Position numbers and translations under genes: made by a program. This document shows, piece after piece, positions 52,141-64,000 of a stretch of DNA of 64,000 nt. The stretch comes from Octopus sinensis. Taxonomy: Eukaryota. The notes beneath the pieces were generated by a model. It had not been told where the DNA came from, searched no databases, and was given only the letters and a program-made list of their open reading frames with translations. The stretch's first letter is position 1. The number at the start of each line of letters is the position of its first letter. The stretch covers positions 7,130,001 through 7,194,000 of the forward strand of contig NC_043000.1 in assembly GCF_006345805.1 (NCBI RefSeq), read 5' to 3'.

Positions 52141-52288
52141 TCAAGTTCCTTCCTTTCACTTTCTTGATTTTCTAGTTCTTCAAGACGATCCCAAAACGCT
52201 TGATCATCTTCAGCTTTTTTCTTTTCAGATTTCATTTTGTCTTCCTTTAACTTTTCTCTGTACTTCTTCACGTTTTCTTTGTGCTGAA
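52141..52288 (-). CDS. URI1: URI1 internal exon (RPB5-binding region)
   Basis: ttatag acceptor and gtaaga donor, 148 nt in phase 1/2. QHKENVKKYREK...DDQAFWDRLEELENQE resembles the URI motif LWARLEELE. The upstream prefoldin-domain exons were not found in the window. Confidence 0.88.
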
Positions 52289-52324
52289 CTATAAAAAGAT
52301 TTGGATAACAATTATACTAGACAG

Positions 52325-52513
52325 GCACAGGAGGAGTGGCTGTGTGGTAAGTAGCTTGCTTACCAACCACATGGTTCTGGATTCAGTCCCACTGTGTTGC
52401 ACCTTGGGCAAGTGTTTTCTACTATAGCCTTGGACCGACCAAAGCCTTGTGAGTGGATTTGGTAGACGGAAACTGAAGGAAGCCTGACGTGTGTGTGTGT
52501 GTGTGTATGTATG

Positions 52514-52550
<37 letters not shown>

Positions 52551-52735
52551 TTGTCCCTCACCCCAACATCGGTTGACAACCGATGCTGGTGTGTTTATGT
52601 CCCTGTAACTTAGCAGTTCGGCAAAATATATCAATAGAGTAAAAACTAGGCTGACAAAATCCTGGGGTCGATTTGATCAACTAAAGGCGGTGCTCCAGTA
52701 TGGCCAAAGTCAAATGACAAACAAATAAAAGAATA
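52325..52735 (+). mobile_element. Full-length SINE copy
   Basis: Dominant family, opposite in orientation to 51730-52066. Confidence 0.85.
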
Positions 52736-52764
52736 TACTGTCATTACATACACACATACAGATA

Positions 52765-53295
52765 TATTGTGTTGAGCCAAACGTTTTGCAATATTTTGGT
52801 AACTTATTTGCTTCATTTATCAAATTACAGCAAAAGCAGCAAAGCATGCAAAGTAGAGGTCATTGTGTTGGATCACCTGAATCCACCTTTCCGCCAGTTC
52901 TCTGATCCCATGCTGATACCAGTTCTTGTCCTTTGAGGCAAAGGACACTTTCACTGAAGCTTCCATCTCCTCTTGGTTGATGAAGCAATGTGAGTGCTGG
53001 AAGCGAGTCATGGATCAGAGGAAGAAATAATCCAAGGGGGATAGGTCCAGCCTATATGCTCTTTAATTCCATCAGTTTTATGTCCTGAAATTCCTGGAGT
53101 TTATTCCAGGTCATTCAAGTGGTGTGAGTTCTTATGTTGTCTTACTGTAGAAGAGTTCACTTTCTGTATTTTTTTCCACACAATGGCAAACATCCACTTC
53201 AGTTGCTCAGAGTAGAGGTTAACATTGGTTTGACCATCCAAAACAAACAAACTCAGTGAATTATCCCCTCATAATTCCACCAGACACAGAAAAAA
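52765..53295 (-). mobile_element. Mariner transposase relic
   Basis: DLSPLDYFF (SPDLAPxDY-like) and FASKDKNWYQHGIRELAERWIQVIQHNDLYF, the mariner C-terminus. Confidence 0.7.
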
Positions 53296-54899
53296 AATAT
53301 ACCACTTGGATAACAGTGATACTTGTTTACATCTATCACATGATGTCAAGACAAGGAAATACATACACATGTGCAATTAGCTGCTTTCCGTTTCCATCAA
53401 CCAAATCCACTGATAAGGTTTTGATTAGCCCAGGGTTATAATAGAAGAGTCTTGCTCAAGTTGTCATGTAATGGGACTGAACCAAAACTACAAGGTTGGA
53501 AAACAAAGTTCTTAATTACACACATGTGTGTGTGTACAGACAGATACACACACATGCATCACACACACAGAGCACAATTTATAATCTAACTCAAAGTGAC
53601 ACTGTCTACGCAGTGTGAGTTTTGTCAGTATAAAGCTGTACAATGGTGCCATTTGGATTAAATATCACACCCATTGATAAAAGATTTCATTCTGAGTCAG
53701 TATTGCACTATAGGTGACCACACATACTAGATATGCGGAAGTGTAGATAAGAATTCTATACTGTGTACAAGGCCTTTAAGAAGGGGCTTTAACTAATACA
53801 TTAGCCTGGGCTCAGAAAAAATGCCATGGAATGGCATTTCACTGTCCCCTCCAAAAAAAACAAACAATAAAAAAAGTAACCCTTGCAGCTCCTTTTTTAA
53901 GTGCATTAAAGAAAGTAACTTTGGGAACCTAAAAATAGTTATTTTTAGTTCCTCGTAATGGAACAGATCTTTACATGTGTGTGAAAGATAGATGGAAAGT
54001 ATGTGTTGCAACTAGCTTTGAAAAAAGACTCAGCCACTAAAAGGATGAGTTCTTTGGAGCAGGCCACGGTTCTATAAATAGCTTAGAAAGACTGCAGTTT
54101 CAGAATCATTATAACAAGTTATAAGGTTTTGTTAGTATCTAGAAGAACACTGGCTTAGTGTAGATTGTTGCGGCTTTCATCAGAGATACCCCCAAATAAC
54201 TATGAATCTTGCACGTTTTAAGAGTTATTTGTGTATATTTACATTCCTATGATACAAACCTATGTTGGTTTAGCATTAGTTGGAGAGTGAGATAAGGCAG
54301 GAAATTTAGTTATTGCTTACCTAGGGCCTACTACTCATTTACGTGGGCTCAATATATTAATTATAAACAATGCATGGTTGTAACATTTTGCACACAAGCT
54401 CTCACTTTCCTCTCTCTATAAGTAAATATGCAATGACAAATTACCAGTTCTTGTTCTGTGGTGGTAACTTGTGTACAAAGTCTGTTTGGGATTTGTTCTG
54501 TTGCACAGACAATTCAATGTCCATTTTCCATCAAAAGGGAAAATAATTTCCAAGGAGCCACTGATTGGCCTCTTGGAAACCTTAACCAATGACACTACTT
54601 TTCACCAAATATAAAACAAAATACACAGGCAGATGTTTTAGTGCAGTCCAGAATCTGGAGTGCACTCATGCATATTGGATGCAGAATGTGCTTTAGCACA
54701 GTGGTTCCCAGATCTTTAAGAATTAACTTTGCCGTCATCATTTTACTTCCCCATTTCCATATCAGCATGGGTCAAGTGAGTTTTACAATCAGAAACCCAC
54801 CTTTCCTGTCACCAATCCTTTTAGACATCTCTTATGACATGCAGGGACACAATGTAACTACTCTTGAACAAGGATACACACTATATGAGAATTAATCTA

Positions 54900-55440
54900 A
54901 TGTTAGGTGTATTTGAGCAACTATTCAGAATAAATATATTTGCTGGCTTTCAAGGTAAAATCTGCTCTTGTATAATCCCTACAAAAGTACATTGGAGATG
55001 ATAAATTTAGTATTTATATAGAATCTTAAGGTTTTAACTGGGTGTAAGAAGAATTTGTTGTCACTTTGGTCTTTTGAAATTTCAGAGAATTTGAAAAGGA
55101 ACTTCTTATTGCAATGGTTGAATCTGTGTTACTTTATGACACTTCCATCTGGACATTAACCAAAAAGCTTAAAACTATGCTGGATGGCATCTACATATGC
55201 ATATGCCCTGAATAGAACACCTCACCAAGGAAAGATTATTCAGTAAGTTTCTCACTTTGCTGGACATTACTTGAGAAGTAAAAAGAAGCTAGTTAGCACA
55301 CCTTAACATGGTTGTAATTGCATTGGTCATCCTAAGAAGACATACTGTGATCACTTAACAGATAACACTGGATGTCACTGAAAGGAACATCCTATGGCAA
55401 ACAGTAATGGGTGAGGGAACAGGATCATACAAATCTGAGT
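54900..55440 (+). mobile_element. Old RTE-group LINE relic
   Basis: VESVLLY...WTLTKKLKTMLDGIY remnant near 55115-55195. Confidence 0.5.
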
Positions 55441-58400
55441 AAGCAGATGATGAGATGGAGGAGACTGATAGGATTTTGAGTAGCTTGAGTTAATATTACA
55501 GAATGCTTTGAAGTTTTTATTCACACAGGTATTTGTATACCTAACAGATATTGAGTAGCCTGAGACAAAGAGATAAAGTAGTGTCCGCGGTGTAGAATAT
55601 TTGTTAATGTAAAGAAGAAACAGTGAGTCTAACCACAGAAGTGATAAAGAGAGAGGACCAGTAAAGTGTTGTGATGGAGAGATCAGGCAGTGATGATCTA
55701 ATATTAAAGATGAATGAAGCTCATAGAAGGTAGGTTTGTCAGAAGATTTTCAGTGTGAAAAAAAAACTGCTGATGGAAGGGGCAACAACTTTGCCTACGT
55801 TTAACTTTTTGTAGACAAAAGACCACTGGTATGGACATAGAGAAAAATATTGCAGAAACCTTGCTAGATATGAGTGGAGGGAAAGAGGTTCAGTGTGGCA
55901 AAGGAAGAGATCGTTCCTTAATTACAATTATTCTCATTATCTTTGAGATCACAGAAGTGAAAGTAACAGGCTAGAAGCTTATGAGGTCTAAGAGCTTGCC
56001 ATTATTATGATTGGGTTACAGTACGTTTTTACACATACTCAGAGAGAAAGTCCCTTAGTTTACTGTTTAATCTCAGCTCTTGACTATACAGTTTTTATAG
56101 CTGATAACATCTAAGAGTCATACCCAACTTCAACAATGTTAAATGAGAGAACCTCAATGTAATTGCTTGACCTGCTTACAACAGCAGCCAAATTTATCTC
56201 AAATAACACAATCACCTTCCACATATTAACTTGCAAGCATTTTAAACAATAAATTTTGCAAAGCGAATAGTAATACAAATTTTGTTATGAGGCAGAAATC
56301 AAACTTCATTTTTACTATGTCTTGTTAAAACTATAATATATTCACATATAAATATATGTTTGGATGAGACAAATATATGTAATCAAGGCATTGTTTTACA
56401 GCCGGTAGCCTTTGCTGTCACTAGCCCATACTTGTTTTCCAGGTAAAGGGAACTCTTATTCCACATGCCTTGAAAAGCACAGAACCGGCAAAAGATATAC
56501 TAACAGAGAAGAGACAATAACGTACACCACTTGTAGCTCAGCAGTTTCCCATGCAAAGTGCACAGGATGTAAACATTTGCACCAACACACACACACACAC
56601 AAGTGTATACGTATAAGTACATATAAACACTCACAAAAATATGTACATACATTTTCCAGCCTATGAAATCCATGAGGCTACAGTAGAAGACTCGCAGTAT
56701 CATCAACCATACAATGAAACTGAACCCAAAACCTTTTGGTTAAGAAGCAAACTTCTTAACAGTCCAGCCTGCCTTGACTTAAATGACTTTCTCAAAGCAG
56801 GAAGGAAAGTAGGCATGATCCTTTTTAAGGCTTCTGAGATTGTTGGAAGGAAGGGAGGAAGTTTTTCTAAGACTGGACCCATGGCCTGTACATCAGCAAC
56901 AAGATATATATTGCTAAAAGTATCCTTGGACCAGATAGTGGTGTAAAACCAAGTGAGGGATTACACAACCATCAAAAAGCAAGGACAGTTTCCTGATGGG
57001 TATCCAAATGATTTCATCTACCTAATTTCTCTCAAAAAATTTTAGTGAACCTAAGGCTAAAATGGAAGATAATTGCTCAAGGTGCCAGCAGTGAAATTGA
57101 ATCTGAAATCCTGACTCATACTTGTACCCAAGTACGACTCATACTAGTCTCCCTTAATTTTCTTATATGTTTTTCCAAATTTACTATAGGCTGCATGGGA
57201 TCCCTGCAAGTTAGACATCCTACAAAGCCCATATGCCAACCTAGATTAATGCATTTCTATTACCAATACCTGTCTTGTGAATATATATCATATCCAAACA
57301 AGTGATGGCAGGGTGTCTTTCAGACTGAAAACTGCACAAAGCCAGCTCTAGATTTTATTACAACAATGACATATGATTAATTTAAATAAAATTTCCAAAA
57401 GATGTATTTTTGTCATGGAATTAATAAACATTATTCAATCATCAAATAAGCAATGGTAATTTAACGAACAACTAAACAAAATCTTGTAAATATACAAACT
57501 GGAAAAAAAAAAAACAACCCAATAAATACGTGATTCTGAGTCCATTTCTGGGCTCCCAGTGTGTGACATCTACAGCCTCAAGTGGACCAATATTATGTGG
57601 TGTGGAATTTGATAAGCAGGAATTACACAAAAGCCTGTCATACGTGTGTGCATGTTTCTGTGTGTATCGTGCATAGTACTTGCCAAACTGTATGCATGTG
57701 TATAAATACTGTGTTAGTGGAATTTTATAGATGGAAATTGTGTAAAAGCTCACAAATGTACACATTGTCATTGCCATTTCAGCATCCTCTTTTCCATGTC
57801 TGCCTGGGTGAGAGAAGACTCTATTGAGGTAGAATTTTCTATGGCTATTTTCTCATCTTGTCACTAACATTCACCTGTTTCCTGACAAAGTAATATTTCC
57901 CTTTATCTCTTGAACAATGCAGAGCCCATACACACACACATAAAAAAAATAAGGGTCATGAGTATAGTTTGAGAGTATTTACATGTAGCATTGTTACAAA
58001 AGTTTCAGTGGTAATTACCAGCTGATTATGCATTTACTACAACAACCTTGGATGAAGCAATATGCAAGGGTTTTCTAAGTAAATACTTACAAACTTTACT
58101 CTCCAGTTTTATTATTTTATATATACACTGTAACCAATGAGATCTGTAATATGAATTTTCAATACAACATGAATTCTCTTCACAAGCTTCTCTTTCAGGG
58201 AGTAATGGGAGATATGGGGTTCTTTCACAATAGTTAAATGTAGTCCACCTAAACAACTGGTAAATTGATACTTTATAAATGCACGCACACACACACACAC
58301 ACCCAGTGTAAACTGTGGATGCACAAGAAGTGCAGTGGGATCGCAAGTAGACTAAGAGAGATGATAAACTGCATGAGCAACAGGTGCACCAGCAAAGTAG

Positions 58401-58964
58401 GTAATAAGAGCACTAGTGACATAAGCTCCATCCAATAGCCAGGTGGTTCTCTATAAATAATTGATAGCTTCTGTGACCTAATTAGTTGTGTGAGTGGGTG
58501 TTCTAAACAGCATAGTAACCAGATTCAGAACTGGTTGGAGAAGGTTCAGACAGCTATTACATCTGCTAGCAACAAAGGGCTTCACCCACAGTGAAGAGCA
58601 TACATAGCTGAGTGTGTATTTCCTTTGTCTTCACATATGCACACTGATAGTAAACAAAGTGTCCCTGTTCACACAAAAGATGTTACTTGTCAGCAATATC
58701 ATATGAATGCATGTCTGGGCTCTGCAGAGTTCAAGAGACAAGAGGAAGTATTGACTTGCCAGGAAACAGGTGAAGGCTAATGACAAGAAGAGCATATGGC
58801 CATAAAAAATTCTACCTTAAGACGTCTTTGACCCAGGCACACATGGAAAAGTGGATGTTAAAAATGGTAATGATAATGTTGTGTACATGAGCATCTACAC
58901 AATTTCCATCAATCAAATTCCACTAACAAAATATTATATACATGCACACAGTCTGACAATGATC

Positions 58965-60562
58965 TGGTAACGATCACACTCGAATGGTGCCTTTTACGTG
59001 CCACCTTCACAGAAGCCATTTAGCTGCTCTGTCAACGACCGTGCTCGGATGGTGCTCTTAGTACCCAACTAGCATAGATGCCAGTCATCGAATTTGATTC
59101 CGATTTCACTTGCTTCAACAGGTCTTCGCAAGCAGAGTTTAGTGTCCAAAGAAGGAAAAGGTACGCATAAGTGGGCTGGTTACGCCCCTGGCATAGGTCA
59201 CGAGGTTATGGTCTCAAGCACAGTATATTTCCAAAGGTCTCGGTCACTAGTCATTGCCTTGGTGAGGCCCAATGTTTGAAGGTCATGCTTCACCACTTCA
59301 TCCCATGTCTTCCTGGGTCTACCTCTTCCACAGGTTCCCTCAACCACTAGGGTGTGGCACTTTTTCACACAGCTATCCTCATCCATTCTCACCACATGGC
59401 CATACCAGCGCAGTCATCTCTCTTGCACACCACATCTAATGATTCTTAGGTCCAACTTTTCTCTCAAGGTACTTACACTCTGTCGAGTAAGCACACTAAC
59501 ATTACACATCCATCGGATCACACTGGCTTCATTCCTTGCTAGCTTACGCATGTCCTCAGCAGTCATGGCCCATGTTTCACTGCCATGTAGCATGGCTGTT
59601 CGTACACATGCATCAGACAGTCTACCTTTTACTCTGAGCGAAAGGCCCTTTGTCACCAGCAGTGGTAGAAGCTCTCTGAACTCTGCCAGGCTATTCTTAT
59701 TCTAGCAGCTACACTTTCAGCACACTCTCCTCCGCTACTGACTTGGTCACCTAGGTAACGGAAGTTGTCAACTACTTCTAGTTTTTTCTCCCTGGAATGT
59801 GACAGAAGTTGTGTTCTGCACATTTTCAGTGTTTCTTGTTCCTGAGCATCTGCCACAGACAAAAACTATTTTCCTAGTTAGCCTCCCTTTGATATTGCTG
59901 CACCTCTTATGTGTCCATAGCTTAAACTGGGTACATCTTATAGAGTTTCTACCTACACCTTTTCTACAGATCAAGCAGGGCCATCTACCTGATGGGTTTT
60001 GTGGTTTACCTGCCTTCCTACTTATTAGGACTTTGGTTTTAGCTAGGTTGACTCTAAGGCCCTTCAATTCTAATCCTTGTTTCCACACCTGAAACTTCTC
60101 CTCGAGTTCTGATAGAGACTCAGCACTTAGAACAACATCTTCAGCATAGAGGAGCTCCCAGGGGCATCCTGTCTTGAATTCCTCTGTTATTGCCTGGAGG
60201 ACTATGATAAATAGGAAGGGGCTGAGGACTGAACCTTGGTGGACCCCAACCTCTACCTGGAATTCTTCACTGTACTCGTTGCCAACCCTCACCTTACTGA
60301 CAGCGTCCCTGTACATGGCTTGCACAGCTCTCACTAACCATTCATCTATCACTAGTTTCCTCATTGACCACTAGATAAGGGATTGAGGGACCCTGTCAAA
60401 GGCTTTCTCCATGTCAACAAAAGCCAGGTACAGAGGTTTATCTTCGGCTAGGTATTTCTCCTGCAGCTGTCTTACCAGAAATATAGCATCAGTAGTGCTT
60501 TCCCTGGTACGAACCCAAACTGCATCCATTCTAAATTGACACTCTCACTAATTAGTTGGCTA
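58965..60562 (-). mobile_element. RTE LINE fragment (RT domain)
   Basis: ORFs 59768-60364, 59414-59656 and 59198-59395 form a frameshifted RT, with YADD decayed to YAED. Confidence 0.9.
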
Positions 60563-60789
60563 CATATACACATATATACATACATACATATATAAAAATC
60601 AGGTTATCATATAAGTTCCGTCTGATTTTACCTTTTTTAAAATTGAATGAAATTTAATAGTATTTTAGAATGTCTAATGGAATTAAAAATTATTTTATGC
60701 ATTTGTGTACATTTAAACTAATTAAATATTATTTTACAGAATAATAGAATCAAAATTTCTTTGATTAAAACCCTTTCCAACATGGAAGT

Positions 60790-61896
60790 ATCCAAAGAGC
60801 AGTTGAGGCAAATAATGCTTTATGAGTACCAAAAAGAAAAGGAATCAACCAGCCTGCAATGTCAGTCGCGGATCTACAGAGGCTAAGATTCTCTACAATT
60901 GCAAGCTTATCATATGGGATGAGGCGACAATGAGCCACAAGCAAGCCTTTGAAGCACTTGACAAATTGTTGCAGGATTTGAGGCACAACAAGCGGCTTAT
61001 GGGAGGTGTTACAGTGGCCCTGGCAGGCAACTTCAGACAAATGCTGCCCTAAAGGAAAAAAGGCCGATGAGATAGATGCAAGCATTAAGTCATCCTATCT
61101 TTGGAGAAGTGTGAGGAAGCTGCCACTCACAATTAACATGAGAGTAGAGCTTGGTGGAGTTGAGCAATGGCAATATAATTGGTGATAGGAGTGGCCAGTC
61201 GGCCTTTTGGACAGTTGGTGTCTACTTTACCAGAATTTTTGGCGAAAGTGTTTCCAAACCTGGCAATTCAATTTAGTGACTACAGTTGACTACAAAAACG
61301 TGCTATCCTAGTGCCAAAACATATTGCAGTGGATGAGTTGAACAACATCTTTCTGGAGCAGCTTCCAGGACAGCAGTGCACCTACAAATCGATTGACAAC
61401 ATTGCTGATGCTATGGAATATGCTGCTGAAGTATTTAACGCTCTGGCACCATCAGGTCTAGCACCACATGATTTGCAGCTAAAGATAGGTGCTCCAGATA
61501 TACTGTTGAGGAAGGAACTTGGATCTGCCCAAACTTTGCAATGGCACACGACTAATCATCAAAAAATTGATGCCGAAAGTCACTGAGGTGACAATTCTAA
61601 CAGGAAAGGCAAGTGGCGATACTGTTTTCATTCCCAGAATTCCACTGATTCCATCTGACTCGGTTGTGGAGTTCAAGCGGCTACAATTCCCAGTCAAACT
61701 CAGTTTCACTATGAGCATAAATAAAGCCCAAGACCAGTCATTGGAGGTAGTTGGACTTAACCTCAATGAACCTGCCTTCTCTCATGGCCAACTATACATA
61801 GGATGCTCAAGAGTTGGCAATCCTCAAAGCATATTCATCTATAGCCAAAACGGAAAGACAAAAAATATCATCTACCAAGAGGCGTTACAGGACTGA
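60790..61896 (+). mobile_element. Helitron PIF1-type helicase pseudogene fragment
   Basis: LIIWDEATMSHK, GNFRQMLP, LCNGTRL, QFPVKLSFTMSINKAQDQSL and FSHGQLY...SRV, with stops and frameshifts. Confidence 0.88.
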
Positions 61897-62282
61897 ATTT
61901 CGTCAAACAAGATTAAAGAATACAGTCAAGTCTCCAATCCTTCCATAAAGACATTTTCAGAGCTAGCCACCTCACAACTCTTTACAAATGTGAACTTATT
62001 TTTTCAAAGTCTTCATTTATTACTTCATTTATTGCTGCACCACTGAACACATCATCATCAGCTGCAAAAACTCCGTTCTGTCAACAAAACTCCATCGCCT
62101 GCTCTGACCATTTTTCTTCCGCCTGCCACACATCTACTCATCCTGCAACAGCCTGCTGAACCAGATATAACATCTTAATGGGTAATAATTGGCACGGGGG
62201 AACATAGAAGATTTCAATACAAGATCAGAGGTATGCTTAACTTCAACACAGAAAACACGAGCAATGCCAGGTCCAACAGCTA

Positions 62283-62321
<39 letters not shown>

Positions 62322-62324
<3 letters not shown>

Positions 62325-63562
62325 GTAAAAAGCACTATCCGACTCGTGGCCGTGGCACGTAAAATACTCCAATGCGACCGTCCGACAGGCACCCATGCCA
62401 ACCCCCTTTGCTTGTGAAGACATGTTGGGGCAAGCGAAATTGAAACCGAATTGAACCAGCCAGGATCCCTGGTCTGGTGGTACGTAAAAAGCACTATCCG
62501 ACTCGTGGCCGTGGCACGTAAAATACTCCAATGCGACCATACGACAGGCACCCATGCCAACCCCCTTTGCTTGTGAAGACATGTTGGGGCAAGCGAAATC
62601 GAAATCGAATTGAACCAGCCAGGATCCCTGGTCTGGTGGTACGTAAAAAGCACTATCCGACTCGTGGCCGATGCCAGCACCGCCTCGACCAGCGACCGAG
62701 ACCTTTGGAAATATTCTGTACGTGAGAAGACCAGGCAGGACAAGTGAGCCCAGCCCACTTATGAATGCCTTTCCTCCCTTGGACACAAAGACCTGTTGAG
62801 GCAAGCGAAGTCGATATAGAACCTCATCCGACGACAGACACCCATGCCAACCCCCCATGCTTGCGAAGACATGTTGGGGCAAGCGAAATCGAAATCGAAA
62901 TCGAATTGAACCAGCCAGGATCCCTGGCCTGGTGGTACGTAAAAAGCACTATCCGACTCGTGGCTGTGGCACGTAAAATACTCCAATGCAACCGTACGAC
63001 AGGCACCCATGCTAACCCCCTTTGCTTGTGAAGACATGTTGGGGCAAGCGAAATCGAAATCGAATTGAACCAGCCAGGATCCCTGGTCTGGTGGTACGTA
63101 AAAAGCACTATCCGACTCGTGGCCGTGGCACATAAAATACTCCAATGCGACCGTACGACAGGCACCCATGCCAACCCCCTTTGCTTGTGAAGACATGTTG
63201 GGGCAAGCGAAATCGAAATCAAATTGAACCAGCCAGGATCCCTGGTCTGGTGGTACGTAAAAAGCACTATCCGACTCGTGGCCGATGCCAGCACCGCCTC
63301 AACTGGCTTCCGTGCCGGTGGCACATAAAATACACCAATCTGACCGTGGCCGTTGCCAGCCTCGCCTGGCACCTGTGCAGGTGGCACGTAAAAAGCACCC
63401 ACTACACTCACGGAGTGGTTGGCATTAGGAAGGGCATCCAGCTGTAGAAACATTGCCAGATTAGACTGGAGCCTGGTGCAGCCTTCTGGCTTCCCAGAAC
63501 CCCGGTCGAACCGTCCAACCCATGCTAGCATGGAGAACGGACGTTAAACGATGATGATGATG

Positions 63563-63565
<3 letters not shown>
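62322..63565 (+). mobile_element. RTE LINE 3' end with 159-bp tandem repeats
   Basis: Unit starts at 62322, 62481 and 62640, then 62936, 63095 and 63254. The RTE ORF tail SDRDLWKYSVREKTRQDK* lies at ~62691-62747, and a (GAT)n tail at 63550. Confidence 0.88.
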
Positions 63566-63595
<30 letters not shown>

Positions 63596-64000
63596 AGTAG
63601 GTCAATATTCCCTCTGATTGGGAAGCTAATCTATCACAGGGTTACCCATTTACACCTGAGTGGACTGGAGCAATGTGAAAGGAAGTGTTTTGCTCAAGAA
63701 AACATGTACTTGGTCCAGGAATTGAACCCACAACAAAGCAATTGTGAGTGCAACACACTAATCACACGCACCTTTATCTACAACACATTAAAAGTGAGTT
63801 TGAATCTTGCTTGCTTGCTTGCAGTGCTACCTAGCCAAATTGTAACATAATGGGAAAATACTATGAATTAAGTTTACTCTGAAATGTTATTACGAACAGA
63901 AGGAATCAAGTTTCGTGTAAATCAGAACATCTAGATCCATAACTGGTGAGATATTTGGGGTTTAAGGGTATATTAGGAAAGTGTTCCGAATTTAACTTCA

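Noticed and set aside
54081-54190. Minus-strand CTGATGA...GAAAC-tgca-GTC hammerhead-like words
   Set aside because: Core words are present, but stems I and II do not pair convincingly. At most a decayed Penelope-type relic.
62322-63300. Regularly spaced repeats resembling a CRISPR array
   Set aside because: Whole 159-bp units are repeated with no unique spacers. The context is a eukaryotic LINE and no cas genes are present.
62243-63531. Long repetitive ORFs (171-235 aa) on the minus strand
   Set aside because: They stay open because the repeat unit is a multiple of 3. They are antisense to a LINE 3' UTR and have no recognisable domain.
52290-64000. Upstream URI1 prefoldin-domain exons
   Set aside because: I looked by eye for motifs such as MVPFG, LVHTNE and LLGDNWF and for phase-1 donors (e.g. 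near 54320 and 54445). None gave a convincing match, so none is annotated.

Overview
AT-rich, repeat-dense eukaryotic DNA with spliceosomal introns. The SINE, RTE-LINE and (TA)n/(CA)n content suggests a coleoid cephalopod, probably Octopus (inference from repeat families only). Three intron-split protein-coding genes can be assembled by hand. (1) The first two coding exons of a BtpA/SgcQ-family gene on the minus strand (ATG 32580), with a ~29-kb first intron covering most of the left half. (2) A complete cyclin E gene on the plus strand (10 coding exons, 34016-40598, 438 aa), divergent from gene 1 across a CpG-rich promoter. (3) The last four exons of URI1 on the minus strand (52288-41861), tail-to-tail with cyclin E. 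The rest is mostly transposon-derived: many RTE fragments, one near-intact CR1-clade ORF2, HERO-like, Penelope-like, Helitron, mariner and Gypsy relics, SINEs and MITEs. The most unusual signals are hammerhead-ribozyme-like motifs: type I motifs in Penelope-like repeats, and a non-circularly permuted motif behind a HERO-like ORF end. Also notable are the cyclin E-URI1 neighbourhood shared with humans and a 5S rRNA/SINE chimera. All calls were made by eye; no searches or folding programs were run.
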